DNA of 64,000 nt from a virus: positions 5,966 to 69,965 of the IMG/VR virus record IMGVR_UViG_3300042463_000422; one strand, 5' to 3'. A program made the translations under genes and the position numbers. Below the pieces are notes generated by a model. That model saw only the letters and a list, made by a program, of their open reading frames with translations, was not told the origin of the DNA and did not search any database. Positions 37,347 through 48,800 of this stretch are shown here, piece after piece. Every line of letters begins with the position of its first letter. Position 1 is the first letter of the stretch.

Positions 37347-37399
37347 CATTTAGCGACTCCCGCTTGCTGCTGGAGTGTGCGCGGAGTACCACCGTGAGC

Positions 37400-38116
37400 A
37401 TGAGTTCGCCGATCACAGGCAGCAGTTTTACTATAGCGACGCTTGGAGAGAGCTTTTGCAACCGGATCACCAATCTTCTGGCGCTGTCGTCCAAGATGAA
37501 GCTGTGGTTCGACTGGGCTTTTGACAGTGCTGGAAACGCTACATCTGACTTCAAATCGATGTTTCTTCCTCCTCCCAACGTCATCATGCCGTTTTACATG
37601 TCGGACACGGAGGCTGCTGTTAAAACCGCTGTCGAGGCGCTCAACAAACCGACCGGAGACACTGGGCTTGCGTTCTGGAGGCTCTGCGACGGAACCAATG
37701 GCACTCCCGATCTGCGTGGCCGCGTGATTTCTGGTGCTGGTGCTGGGGTTTCGCTGACACAGCGCAACAACGGAGACATTTTTGGCTCAGAAAAAGTCAC
37801 CCTCGCCTCAAATCAAGTGCCTGTTCAGCCTCATTTTCACGGTGTTGGACGACGTGCCGCGGGTGGCTCGATCGATGCTGGCAACAACGACTTCGACTTC
37901 ATCATGCGCCAGTGGACACTTCCTGGAAATTACCACTACAACGAGCTTCAGGGTGACGGAAGTCTATCTGGCAACGGAAACTTCTCAAATACCGGCAATG
38001 CGGCCACCACTGGTCTCATCGCTGACGGTGAGGCTGCGGCCCCTGCTGCTGGTGTTTCTGTGTTTCAGCCCTCGATGGCCATCTGGTTCATCATGCGAAC
38101 CACTCGAACTGTATGA
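37400..38116 (+). CDS. tail collar domain protein
   Basis: WRLCDGTNGTPDLRGR..GAG, GSEKVTL...P.H.H, QPS....FIMR. Confidence 0.85.
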   Translation: MSSPITGSSFTIATLGESFCNRITNLLALSSKMKLWFDWAFDSAGNATSDFKSMFLPPPNVIMPFYMSDTEAAVKTAVEALNKPTGDTGLAFWRLCDGTNGTPDLRGRVISGAGAGVSLTQRNNGDIFGSEKVTLASNQVPVQPHFHGVGRRAAGGSIDAGNNDFDFIMRQWTLPGNYHYNELQGDGSLSGNGNFSNTGNAATTGLIADGEAAAPAAGVSVFQPSMAIWFIMRTTRTV

Positions 38117-38835
38117 AGAGACTTGGAGGCGTTAGAGAGACCGGTATTCAGCTGAATGCTGTATCACTGGATCTGCGATCCCCTGCTGGAAAGACCAGCG
38201 AGGGGTACTTTCGCCTTGTCGTCAACGCTATCAGCGACCGGGAGGGGCGGATGAGGCGTCTCGGTGGCTGGAGGCCGCTTGCGCTAGGGGCTCTTCCTGC
38301 AGGAAACGAGGATCTTCACGACCAGCTTCTGACCAACACGGTGTCTCCGAGCGTGATCAGCGGTACGGCGGTGATCTCGGTTGTTGGTGCTACCGTTGCG
38401 GTTCAAAACCCGGGATCAGTAGTGGCTCCGACAGTTACGGTTTCATTCACTGGAGGAACCGTTTTTGCCTACATCCCGATCATCTCCAACTTCCCGACGA
38501 TTTCGATCGTCCCTCCGGATGTTCATTCGTTCGTTCCGTGGACTGGCTATCTGTGGCGCGTGTCTACACGTACCACAGCTGCTGTAACAACCAGTTCTCC
38601 AGGATACGTTGATCTCCAGTACAACTCTATCCAGGCTGGAGGTAATCAGACCGTCCGAATGTACTCAAACACGAACGCTGCAGCGGGCCAGAACGTGTTT
38701 GCGTACGGGTGTGCGCCATCTGACGCGATCAATTTCACCGACGCTGGTGTTTCAGACAAGCTGATGGTCTGGAACTTAACAGCCCAAGACAGTAGCCTGC
38801 TTCCGCCCACCAACACTCAAATCGTTTGTGAATGA
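38113..38835 (+). CDS. tail protein; N-terminus resembles the start of a nozzle protein
   Basis: LDLRSP...FRLVVN...GRMRRLGGW. Confidence 0.6.
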   Translation: MKRLGGVRETGIQLNAVSLDLRSPAGKTSEGYFRLVVNAISDREGRMRRLGGWRPLALGALPAGNEDLHDQLLTNTVSPSVISGTAVISVVGATVAVQNPGSVVAPTVTVSFTGGTVFAYIPIISNFPTISIVPPDVHSFVPWTGYLWRVSTRTTAAVTTSSPGYVDLQYNSIQAGGNQTVRMYSNTNAAAGQNVFAYGCAPSDAINFTDAGVSDKLMVWNLTAQDSSLLPPTNTQIVCE

Positions 38836-40628
38836 GCGCACCTGAGTACATTACTTTTCTAGCCCACATGCGTGGCGAAAGCGGAGACACTCGTCTCTTG
38901 GCTGGAACGCGCTCTCGCCTCTACTCAAACACCGGTCTTGACGGAAACTGGCGTCTGCTGATTGGTGGTTTGGGCGGTGAAGTGCCGGCTGCTGGTGTTC
39001 CAGAGACGCGGTGGAAGCACGCCCAGATGGGTGGCATCACGATTTTCACCAACGGTATGGATCAGCCATACTGGTGGTCATGGGAGAAGCCTGCAGACTC
39101 AAACACTGGCTACTCCGCAGAGCTTTTGGACGACTTCGTGGCCATGGATATCACCACGGTGCGGTCCATTGGCGCTTGGCGCGGGTTTGTCTTCGTTGGA
39201 AACGTCATCAGCGAGGGCGCTGTCTACCAGAACCGCGTATTCTGGTCTGACTTCAATGATCCGCTGAGTTTTGTGCCCGGACCTGAGTCTTTGGCTGGCT
39301 ACATCGACCTCGGTGAGGACGAGCGTGTGCTTGCAATGGCTCCTCTTGGAGCGCAGTTCCGCGTCTACACCGACAAGGCCATCTACAACGTGGACTTGGT
39401 GGGCGGGGATGAGGTTTTCAATTTCCGCGAGGTTTATCGAGGCCCTCAAGTACTGCGGTTCGAGAACAGCTTGGTGAATCTGGGTGAACTGCACGTCTAC
39501 GGAGGAGAAGACACGATCTACGTCATCGGCGAGTTTGATCGCAGCCCGAGAATCCTCGACTGGCTGTACCGTGCGTGCGGTGCGATCTACAACGGCGTCA
39601 GTGCCGACTATCTTGGCGGCGTCACCACCTCTTCGTTCCCTGCTTTCGGCCCAATCAACCGCGGCGCATGTCACTTGCTGGTTGGTGGCTACGATGAGGC
39701 CGAGCGGATGGTGTGGTTCTCGTGGGCTCCTGACGCTGAGACGGTTCCTTCCAAGTCGCTGGTCCTTCAGATGGACATTGGCAAGGCCTGCTTGGTTGAG
39801 TCTGGTTTCACCTCGTTCGTTTCGCACCTGCCCAGCTATCAAGCCAATGTGAGGCGGTGGTTGGCTGACATCGGGGCGTGCCTTCCAGAACCGCTGCCGG
39901 GTGAGGGCAACCCGCTTCCGATCACGTTCGTTCCGGACACCAGCCTGACCTGCATTCGCAACACCACCGAGGACTACACGCTTCCGCCAAGCCCAACCGG
40001 TTCTCTGTGCGCCAAGATGGACGCGAATCCCAGCTTGGAGCCGGACTGCACCCCCTGTGGCAACGGCTACAAGTTCATCATGGCCTCCTCTCAGGACAAG
40101 TGCCTGAAAGAGTACACGCCTGATGTCTATGCCAGAACCTATTGCACCACTGATCCCAACAATCGGTCTGGTCTGGCGTGGACTACTACGAACCATCCGA
40201 CAACCGTGGTGAGCTACGCGGACTATGGCTACACCACTCTTCTCCAGACAGACTCTCAGGACATGGGGACGCCGAATAACAAGACGATCTCACGCATCGC
40301 TGTTGAGTATGACGCCCCAGACGTGCCTGACATCAACGCTGCGTTACTGCATGTAGACATTGGGTATGGCTCCCAGCCTCACCGGCTGATCTGGCAGACC
40401 TCAAACCCTCGAAAGATCGACCGCTTGTCTTCGCAAACTGAGAGCCAGATGGCGACCAACAACATTCGGCCGAATCGCATCGCGACGTACCAGTTCTTCA
40501 GGACTGGGTCTCAGATTGGGTTCCGGTTGATGATCGCAAACTCCAGTCGCAATCCGGTGATCGGCGGTTCGTCTTCTCTCAATGAGATGAGTGTCTCAAT
40601 GAGGTCGTCGCACGGAGACTATTTCTAG
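38832..40628 (+). CDS. tail nozzle / tubular protein B-like (beta-propeller)
   Basis: IFTNG.DQP, RVFWSD..DP.SF, YIDLGE, VYTDKAIY; precedes ejection proteins. Confidence 0.75.
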   Translation: MSAPEYITFLAHMRGESGDTRLLAGTRSRLYSNTGLDGNWRLLIGGLGGEVPAAGVPETRWKHAQMGGITIFTNGMDQPYWWSWEKPADSNTGYSAELLDDFVAMDITTVRSIGAWRGFVFVGNVISEGAVYQNRVFWSDFNDPLSFVPGPESLAGYIDLGEDERVLAMAPLGAQFRVYTDKAIYNVDLVGGDEVFNFREVYRGPQVLRFENSLVNLGELHVYGGEDTIYVIGEFDRSPRILDWLYRACGAIYNGVSADYLGGVTTSSFPAFGPINRGACHLLVGGYDEAERMVWFSWAPDAETVPSKSLVLQMDIGKACLVESGFTSFVSHLPSYQANVRRWLADIGACLPEPLPGEGNPLPITFVPDTSLTCIRNTTEDYTLPPSPTGSLCAKMDANPSLEPDCTPCGNGYKFIMASSQDKCLKEYTPDVYARTYCTTDPNNRSGLAWTTTNHPTTVVSYADYGYTTLLQTDSQDMGTPNNKTISRIAVEYDAPDVPDINAALLHVDIGYGSQPHRLIWQTSNPRKIDRLSSQTESQMATNNIRPNRIATYQFFRTGSQIGFRLMIANSSRNPVIGGSSSLNEMSVSMRSSHGDYF

Positions 40629-40676
40629 CATCAACACCGCTTCGGCGGTTCACTAACTCAAAGAACAGGACACGCT

Positions 40677-41615
40677 ATGGCTATTTCAAATCTCGGTGGA
40701 ATCATCGGGGCATTCACTGGCTCCAAGATGGAGCGGATGAACAAGAATCAGGGTCTCCAGAGCCAGATCGACACGTCTGTTGGCGGCATGGACAAGTATC
40801 GTCAAGAGGCGGACACCGCTCTTGGCAATTACACTGCCGCGAACCGAACCGCGATTGGCGAGGTCGGCCGACTCAACAAGCAGACCGAGGGTGAAACCAA
40901 CCAGATGCTTGGCGGTCTTCGTCAGGCCAGCTTCATGGGTGACCGCGAGCGTGCCCGAGAAGGCGACCTCGGTGCGCTTCAAGGATTTCTTGGTCAGCTG
41001 GGTGGTGGAATGTCCAAGGCCGACAAGATGGCCGCTTCCCGATTGGGCTATGCTGGCAAGGCTTCTGGCACCTACATGGACAAGCAGCGTGCCGGCTATG
41101 TTGGAGCGTTTGGTGCGCCTATCGCCCAGCAGATCTTTGGTGGCCTCAATCAGGCTGCCTCTGGTGCGGGCGCTGAGCGTGGCGCGAACGTCGGCCAGCA
41201 GATGGGTCTGATGCAGTACCGCAACCAGCTGCCGATGAACGTGGCCCAGATGGAGCTCAACCCACTGCAGGCTCGTCAGCAGGCTCGTCAGTCCGAGATC
41301 GGACAGCTGGGTGGTCTGTCTGACGTGAACAACTCGAACTTCGCTGGCTTCCAGGAGAAGCAGAACAAGTGGGCCAAGCTGGGTAGTGCTCTTGATTCGA
41401 GTGTCAACAGCGCCATCGACACCGGCATGAGCCTGTACAGCGGCGGAATGCTCGGCAGTGGCGGCATGCTTGGCGGCCTGATGGGTGGTCTCGGTGTACA
41501 GGGTCGCCAGCAGCAGGCTCCCACTCCGATGCCAGCTTATGGCTACCCGCAGCCGGCCTATGGTTACGGCAATCCGATGATGTACGGAATGCCGATGTAC
41601 GGCCGCCCCTACTGA
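40677..41615 (+). CDS. internal virion / DNA ejection protein
   Basis: G/A/Q/M-rich; position after nozzle. Confidence 0.7.
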   Translation: MAISNLGGIIGAFTGSKMERMNKNQGLQSQIDTSVGGMDKYRQEADTALGNYTAANRTAIGEVGRLNKQTEGETNQMLGGLRQASFMGDRERAREGDLGALQGFLGQLGGGMSKADKMAASRLGYAGKASGTYMDKQRAGYVGAFGAPIAQQIFGGLNQAASGAGAERGANVGQQMGLMQYRNQLPMNVAQMELNPLQARQQARQSEIGQLGGLSDVNNSNFAGFQEKQNKWAKLGSALDSSVNSAIDTGMSLYSGGMLGSGGMLGGLMGGLGVQGRQQQAPTPMPAYGYPQPAYGYGNPMMYGMPMYGRPY

Positions 41616-41649
41616 TCAACCCTGAACAACAATCAGACCTAATAAATTT

Positions 41650-42774
41650 ATGGCAGACGCTTATGGATCGACGCTGGACTCGCTGATGGCCAACAAGGCG
41701 GCTCAGCAGTCCGCTCAGCAGGCCGAGGCAAACTCGTACCGCAACTTCCTCAATCAGGTGTCCAACACCAATCTGCGCCGCCGTGAGGGCGAGGCCCTCG
41801 ACCGCCGTGGCATGGAAGAGTTGGGTATCAACCGCATGAACGTGTCCGGCCTGAACGATTATCGTCGTGGTCAGGTGGACATCGGCATGGAAGACGCCCG
41901 TACTCGCCGGTACGAGGGCGAGACCGGCCGTGAAAACGTCGGCGGTTTGAACCGGCTCCGTGAGGGTCAGGTTGAAATCGGTAGGACCGATGCCGGAAGC
42001 CGTCGACTCGACACCGAGAGCATGGGTCAGTACCGAACTGGTTTGACCCAGAATGAGGCTGACCGCATCGCTTCTGGTGAACGTCTTGGGATGCGCGGTT
42101 TCGACACGTCTGAGCGTAATGTTGGCCGGCAGGCTCAGGCTATTGAATTCGGCGCTGAGGCTGGTGTTCGCAGCACCGGAATCCAAGCTGGTGCCAGCAT
42201 GGCCGACTCTGCCAACCGGCTTAAGGCGGCTCAGCTGCAGTACGATCGACTCCCGCGTGCCGAACAGCTTGCGTTCGATCAAGGCGGTGTTGAGGGGCTG
42301 CAGCAGTTTCGTGCTGCTACCAACCCTGCCGGCGAGAATGCGCGTCTCATGCGGATGTCCTATCAGCAGGAGCAGGACGCCCAGCGTCGCAATGCGTACC
42401 AGTCCACGATGGACAAGTTGAACAGCGACTTCCAAGGAGACCAAGGATGGTTTGGAGGTTTCGACGAACCGCGCACCAAAGATATCCGAGCAGAGCAAGC
42501 ACGTATTAGGGCTTCGCGACCTGACCTCAAATTGACGGATGATCAGGTCTATGACGAGGCTCTCGGAAACGTCTCTCGCCGGATTGTTGATGCTCGCTTC
42601 GGTTCTCGCCCGAGCATTGATGAGATTATGCGAGAAGATCGGTACGACGCTGGTCAGCCGCCTCTTCCGGGCCGCCCCCCTGGCGTTCCTGGAGCCCCCG
42701 GGCTTTCTGAGCCTGGCCTTGCCCCGACCAACACCGTCCCTGGTCGTGTATTCATTCCGCGTGGGCGTCGCTAA
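41650..42774 (+). CDS. internal virion / DNA ejection protein
   Basis: R/Q/G-rich helical protein with internal repeat. Confidence 0.7.
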   Translation: MADAYGSTLDSLMANKAAQQSAQQAEANSYRNFLNQVSNTNLRRREGEALDRRGMEELGINRMNVSGLNDYRRGQVDIGMEDARTRRYEGETGRENVGGLNRLREGQVEIGRTDAGSRRLDTESMGQYRTGLTQNEADRIASGERLGMRGFDTSERNVGRQAQAIEFGAEAGVRSTGIQAGASMADSANRLKAAQLQYDRLPRAEQLAFDQGGVEGLQQFRAATNPAGENARLMRMSYQQEQDAQRRNAYQSTMDKLNSDFQGDQGWFGGFDEPRTKDIRAEQARIRASRPDLKLTDDQVYDEALGNVSRRIVDARFGSRPSIDEIMREDRYDAGQPPLPGRPPGVPGAPGLSEPGLAPTNTVPGRVFIPRGRR

Positions 42775-42853
42775 ACGTCTTAACGAGTAACTTCAGAGGC
42801 TGAAGAACAGCTTATAGTCACCCATCAATCAGTCCGGTAAAGACCACACACTC

Positions 42854-45800
42854 ATGCCCAAGATCATTGCAGTTGAAGGACAGGGAAACCTTCAGTTTGG
42901 CGACGATTGGTCCGACGAGCAGATCGATCAGTACATCGAAGACAAGTACTTCGGTGGCCAGTCGTCTGCACAGTCGCAAGCGATACCAGCTGCAGAGAAG
43001 CAGGGTGTGTGGGACTCGTTCACCAGCGGTTTCGGCCGCGGATTCGAGGCTGGCGGCATTCCGTTCTACAGCGGTGGTAAGGAGGCGGTGAAGTCGGTCG
43101 GTGTGCTGAGTGCGGCGCTCGCTGCTCGGGAAGGCACAGCATCTGACGAGCAGATGCAGAGGCTGCGTGAGTACAAGGCCGAGGAGGACAAGGCTGCTGC
43201 CGAGGCTGAAGGACGTGGATCGCTCGAGCGGATTGCATACGGTGTCGGCCGAGTTCTCGGTGAGGCCCCTGGCTTCGCTGGTGAACTGGCTCTGACCGGT
43301 GGTATTGCCACCGCTGGTGAGAAGGCCGCAGTCAAGGCTGCTGCAACTGCCGTCAAGGCGCTTGGCAAGGAGACCGCCTACACAGCAACCCGCAAAGCTG
43401 CAGACTGGGCTGCCGACAAGGTCAGTGGTCGGATCGTTCGCGGTGCTGCAGGCGCTGCTGCTCAGACCATCCCGTCTGGTGCGGCTCGCATTGTGTCTGG
43501 AACTGCTGAGCGGATGACTCCCGGATTCGAGCTCGAGGAGGCTCCCGGTGGAACCTACTTCACCGAGACCAAGCAGGCTGACCCGTTCGTTACTGCAGCC
43601 TACAAGGCGCTCGGAGATCAGTTCATTGAGGTGCTGAGTGAGCGGTCTGGTGGGTTCCTCACCGACATGCTCGGTACCGGTGCCCGCAAGGCTGGTCTCG
43701 GCAGCACAATCGACTGGGCCTCTGGCCTCAAAAAGGCAGTGGCAGGTCGAGTGGCTCAGAAGTACCCCGGGATGTTTGAGGGCAATAACTTCATCGATGC
43801 CATCGGCAAAACCACCAAGTGGGACGGCGTCTTCGGTGAGATGCTTGAGGAGCGTGCCGGTGAAGTTGGACGAGCCGCTCTTGGTGTGCAGGATTACCAA
43901 GCTCCGTCGATGGAGCAGCTGGCCACCGAGGCTCTTGGCTTCGGTTTGATCGATGCTGGTTTCAATGGCGCTCGATTGGCTGCGGCCCTGAGCAAGAAGA
44001 ACCTGTCCAAGGATCAACGCGCACGGACACAGCAGGCTCTCGATGCGGTCACTGCTGCTGAGATAATCACTCCGCAAACCGATCTTGTTGAGAATCAAGA
44101 GCCCATTTCTGGCGATGTTGCAGGTAGCACTGTAGCAATAACTCCTTCCGGTCGAATCATCAGAACCAACAGCGCCAAGCGCCGCGCTGAGCTAGAGGCA
44201 GGGCTTTTTCTCCAGCAAGATAGCGGGCAGGTTATTGACGATCAGGAGGTGGCCGATGAGCAGCGTGTTGGACAGTACCCTCCCGAGGGTTTTGGAACTG
44301 GCGTCATTCCTTCTGCGGAAGAGCAGCAGCGTCGAGCCGCTGTTCGAGCTCGTGTCGCAAGTAGGAACCGAGAAGCAGCAAACGCCGCACGCTTGCAGGC
44401 CATGGCCGCAGAAGAGCAGGCGCAGCGTGAGGCTGATGCCGCTGCCGCTGTGCCTCAGAGCAGAGAGTCCGCTGCTGACCAGTTAAACGCTGTCACGTCG
44501 CTGCTGGCTGATCAGGAGGCGCTCGTCAACCAGCCTCAGTCCCGGTTCGGCCCAGGTGCTCGCGGCGAGGTTCCCCAGACCATCCGCGACGCCGGTACGG
44601 ACGTGATGGCAAAGCTCCGAGCACTCCAACAGCGTGACCGCGAATTAAACGCCCAGATCGAAGCCGAGATTGCTGCACGCGCTGAGGCTAAGCGTCTTGC
44701 TGCCGAGAAGGCTGCACAAGAGCAAGCCGCTCGTGAGCAAGCTGCGGCCCAAGCCCGTGCTGCCGCCGAGAAGGCTGCTCAAGAGAAGGCTGCCGCTGAG
44801 GCTGCTGCCGCTAACACCCCGACTTCCCCGCCGACTGATATTTCGCTACCGGTGGGAACCGGGGCTGCTCCTGTGGGTGGTGTCCCAGTTGCAGCCCCGG
44901 TCGTTGCCTCCAATGGTACACAAATCCAAGCGCCTCCAGCGGCGGCTGTGGCCACGGTCCAGCCCGCCAAAACCGAAACGCCTAGTGGGCCAGCAGGTTC
45001 GCAAACAACCCAAGCCCAAAACCAGCTAACGCCTCCTGCATCTAGGGTTGCAGAAGTAAACGCGGAGGTGATCAGCGCAAAGCCGGATCACTATTACCGC
45101 TCCATTCAGACCCCAGAGGATCTTGATGGAACGCGCCACATGGATCTTGGGCGTATCTGGCCAGACACGTTCGTGATCGAAATGAGCCCTGAGCAGAAGG
45201 CTACAAATACAGGGGCTAACGACACGTTCCGTGGAAAGGTAAACCCCAACAACGTCACTCGGATTATCTACGATAATCGCTCCTACAGTGAATACCCTGC
45301 AGACTACGTTCAGGCTCTTCGCAGTCGATTCCCTAATGCAGAGTTCGTTGACGCCGTTCTAAATGACAAGGAAGACGGTTACGTTGTTCTCCGCAAAACC
45401 CCATCGATCAATGCCAATCAAGTCCAAGGACCAGTAGCCGCGCCCAAGTACAGTGATGGCACCGAGGTTAAGGCTGGCGACACCATTCGCTGGCGCACCG
45501 CTGCCGGTAAGAACGAGGTGCTTGGCACCATCGACTCCATCAAGGACGGGGTGCCGCAGGTTCGCGTCACGCAGCTGTCCAAGAAGGCTCCGAACACCCA
45601 GAAGATCGGCAACATCGAGCTCAGTGGTGTGTACCCGGTGATCAACTCCAACCTGCTCGAGAAGCGTGAGCCGGTGAAGGAGGAGGAGAAGAAGAAGATC
45701 GGCCGCCCGTCGAAGATCACCCAGACCGACGACGAGAATGTGGCAGCGATCTTGGAGGAGGGTGTGAACCATCCCATGTGGCCCAGGTTCTCTGAGCTCA

Positions 45801-48800
45801 TGAGGGGCGCTCTCAATGAGAACGAGGCTGACGAGGAGGCGTTGGATGCTCTTCGTGAGCAGGTTGGCACACGGGCGTCCGTGGCCATGGAGGCCGCGTT
45901 CAACCAGCAGACTGCATTCGACTTCATCGATGGCCAGCAAAGTGTAGTCAACGTCGAGATAGACGATGTATTAACAAACTACGATCGCGGCCTGAAGAAG
46001 TGGGTGCTCAAGAACATCGACAGTAAATCGCCTGTTGGGTTCTCACCCAAGAAGAACTTGGTCATCGCGGTTCGCAACTCCCGCAAGAAGTCGCTCGTCG
46101 AGAAGAAAACAACCGCGATGAGCTCGTCCGTCAACGAAGACGGCGAGGAGAGCTCACCGATCGAGCAGTTTGCTCAGCCTGTTAATAAAGAGAGTGCTGC
46201 TTCGCTGGCGTCCATCTTCAGGAATGTCGAGGCGCTTGCTGATGCCGTGGTCTCTGCAATCCAGAAGGCCGAGGCTGCTGTGCGTGGGCGTCAGCTGACC
46301 CCTGATGAGTTCACCAAGGCTGTCGTCAGTGGATTCAAATCACTGATTCCAAACGCCCCTGCAAACGTAGCCGCAACTCTTGAGAGTATCGGTCTCACTG
46401 CATCTGGAAACCTTCAAGACATCTACGACGAGAAGGGTATCGATGGCGTTGATAATGCCATCGCTGAAGGTGAAGCCCTCCTAGCCAACGCTGCCGCTCA
46501 GGACACTGGCAACCAGTCTCTCCAGCAGGGCGAGATAACCCTGGCCGACGCAATCAACACCGTGCTTGCTGGCAACACTGCTAGTAGCTGGATGCGCGGC
46601 ATCGCTGAGAAGCTACTCAAGGCCAAGCTCCGTGCCCGTGTGGTTGTGCTGTCCGACGCTGAGTTCGATCGCATCGCCCCGCGCCCCGGACAGGCCGCGT
46701 TCTACGACTCCAACCCTCAGTCCGACACGATCTACATCCGCCAGTCTGCTGCGTCGCACGACTACTTGGTCATGCACGAGGCGGTCCACGCGGCCACGGT
46801 GTACGCGCTGCGGACCAACGTGAGCTTCCGTAACGAGGTTCGCCGGTTGCGCGACGCTGCCGTCAACGCTCTTGGAGCGAACAGCTTCTACGGCCTGCAG
46901 GAGCACGGCTCCAACTTCAACAACCTGGCCGAGTTCGTCGGCGAGTCGATGTCCAGCCAGGAGTTCCGCGATGCGCTGAACGGTGTGGTCGACAAGGATG
47001 GTCAGTCGCTGTGGACCAAGTTCCTCAACCTGATCGGCCGCCTGTTCGGGTTCAAGGGTGAGCAGAAGACCCTGCTCGATCAGATCGTCAACCTGAGCAC
47101 CGAGCAGTTCGCGCCTAACATCGCCATCAGCGAGGGTGATCAGGGTGTTGGTGAGCTCATGTCTGCACCGCAGATTGAGAGCGCCGAGCAGCTGAACGAT
47201 CTAACATCTGTACCCGGACTCAACGCGGCGAACATCGCTGCGATCGAGAACCTGGCGGCGACGCAGGCCCAGATGGTTCCGGGTTCAATCGTTTCCCAGA
47301 TTGCAACGCTTCCTACCACGGTGCGTCGTAGCTTGAATTGGCTTGTTGAGCAGGCTGCTGCATCTCCATCACCTAAAGCCCTGTCCTCGATGCCAACCGT
47401 TACCGAGGAGGATGTGCAGGCCAAGCATGAGGCGGCGCACGCTGTCGACAAGCTGGCTCGAGATGTTGAGAACGAACGCAGCAAGGTGCTCGAAAGCCTT
47501 GAAGAGCAACGGAATCAGTACGCCGCTTTGATCAACGGCCTGAAGGCTAACCTTGCATCGGCCAACGCTGAAGTGGCTGCAACCACTGGTGTCGTTGACA
47601 ACCTTGTCGAAGACTACAAGGACTACGTTGAAGACGTGAAGTCGGTCAGCGGTGTGTTGAGCATGGCTCAAAAAACAGCCATCGAGAAAGAGGCTGAGAT
47701 TGTGCGCCGCACGCACAAGGAGTCCGACCAGATGCGCAAGGCGATCTCGGCGATTGCTGAAGGTGTCACTGACGCTGAGCTCAACAACGCTCAGACCAAC
47801 GACGACATCGTCAACATCATCGCCACTCGCAAGATGTTGGACGGAAAGGTTCTACCCGAGACGATCAACACGCTCTTCACTGTTGGCTCATCAGGCAAGA
47901 CCCCGCTTCAGTCCATGCGCCGGTTGATCCCCGCGTTGAAGATGATCAAGAAGATCAACTCCAACATCGCCGGGGTAAGGGCTTCAGTCGATGCGTTCGA
48001 GAAGGCTGTGTCTGGAATGACCGGCAACAAGCAGCGCAAGGTGAACCCTCGCGCATTCGCTCGCCTCTATCGCCGAGTCCTCCAGAAACAGTCTAAAGCC
48101 ATTGAGGAGGCGCGGCTGCTTGATAACACCATCAACCGGATGGAGCGCAAGATTCTCCGGTTGGTTCAGGAGCTCGACGTTTACGACAACTTGGTCGCGT
48201 CGCCTGAGTTCTCATCTCAGTACGAGGAGGCGATCCGAAACCTGAACATTCTATCCAGCAACGCTGGAGATTATGGTGGCGCAGAGGGTGCCAAGAGCGA
48301 CCGCAAGGTTACCTACAAAATTGGATCTCAACTGTACACCATTGAGTACAGCGCAGACCCAGTAACCAACGCGAACAACAACGCTGTTGTGATGAGCGCG
48401 CTTACTGCGATTGAGGCAGAGCTTAAGAAGCCGCTGAGCCCGATCGATCGCTACAAGCTGAAGTGGATGCGCACCAAGCTGACGTTGTTCTCAAATCCGA
48501 TGGGGGACGCCGCTCTTGCGATCAACAGTTTCGACATCATCAACCGGCTGCGTGTTGCAATCCCGATCCTCACGCCGCTGATCGATCGCGCTTACGTCTT
48601 ATCTTTGATGCCGGGCACTGTCGGCAAGGAGCTCCGAATCCTGCTCAAGGTTTCCATGTCGGTTGCGTCTGGTATTGAGGCGGCCCGCATGAATCCGCGG
48701 TACGGTGAGTACGCGATCAACCTTGCCGTCGACAACGCTATCAAGAGCCATCCCGGTCTCGACGCTCGCACTTGGGACAAGGAGGTTCTGAACGAGTTCC

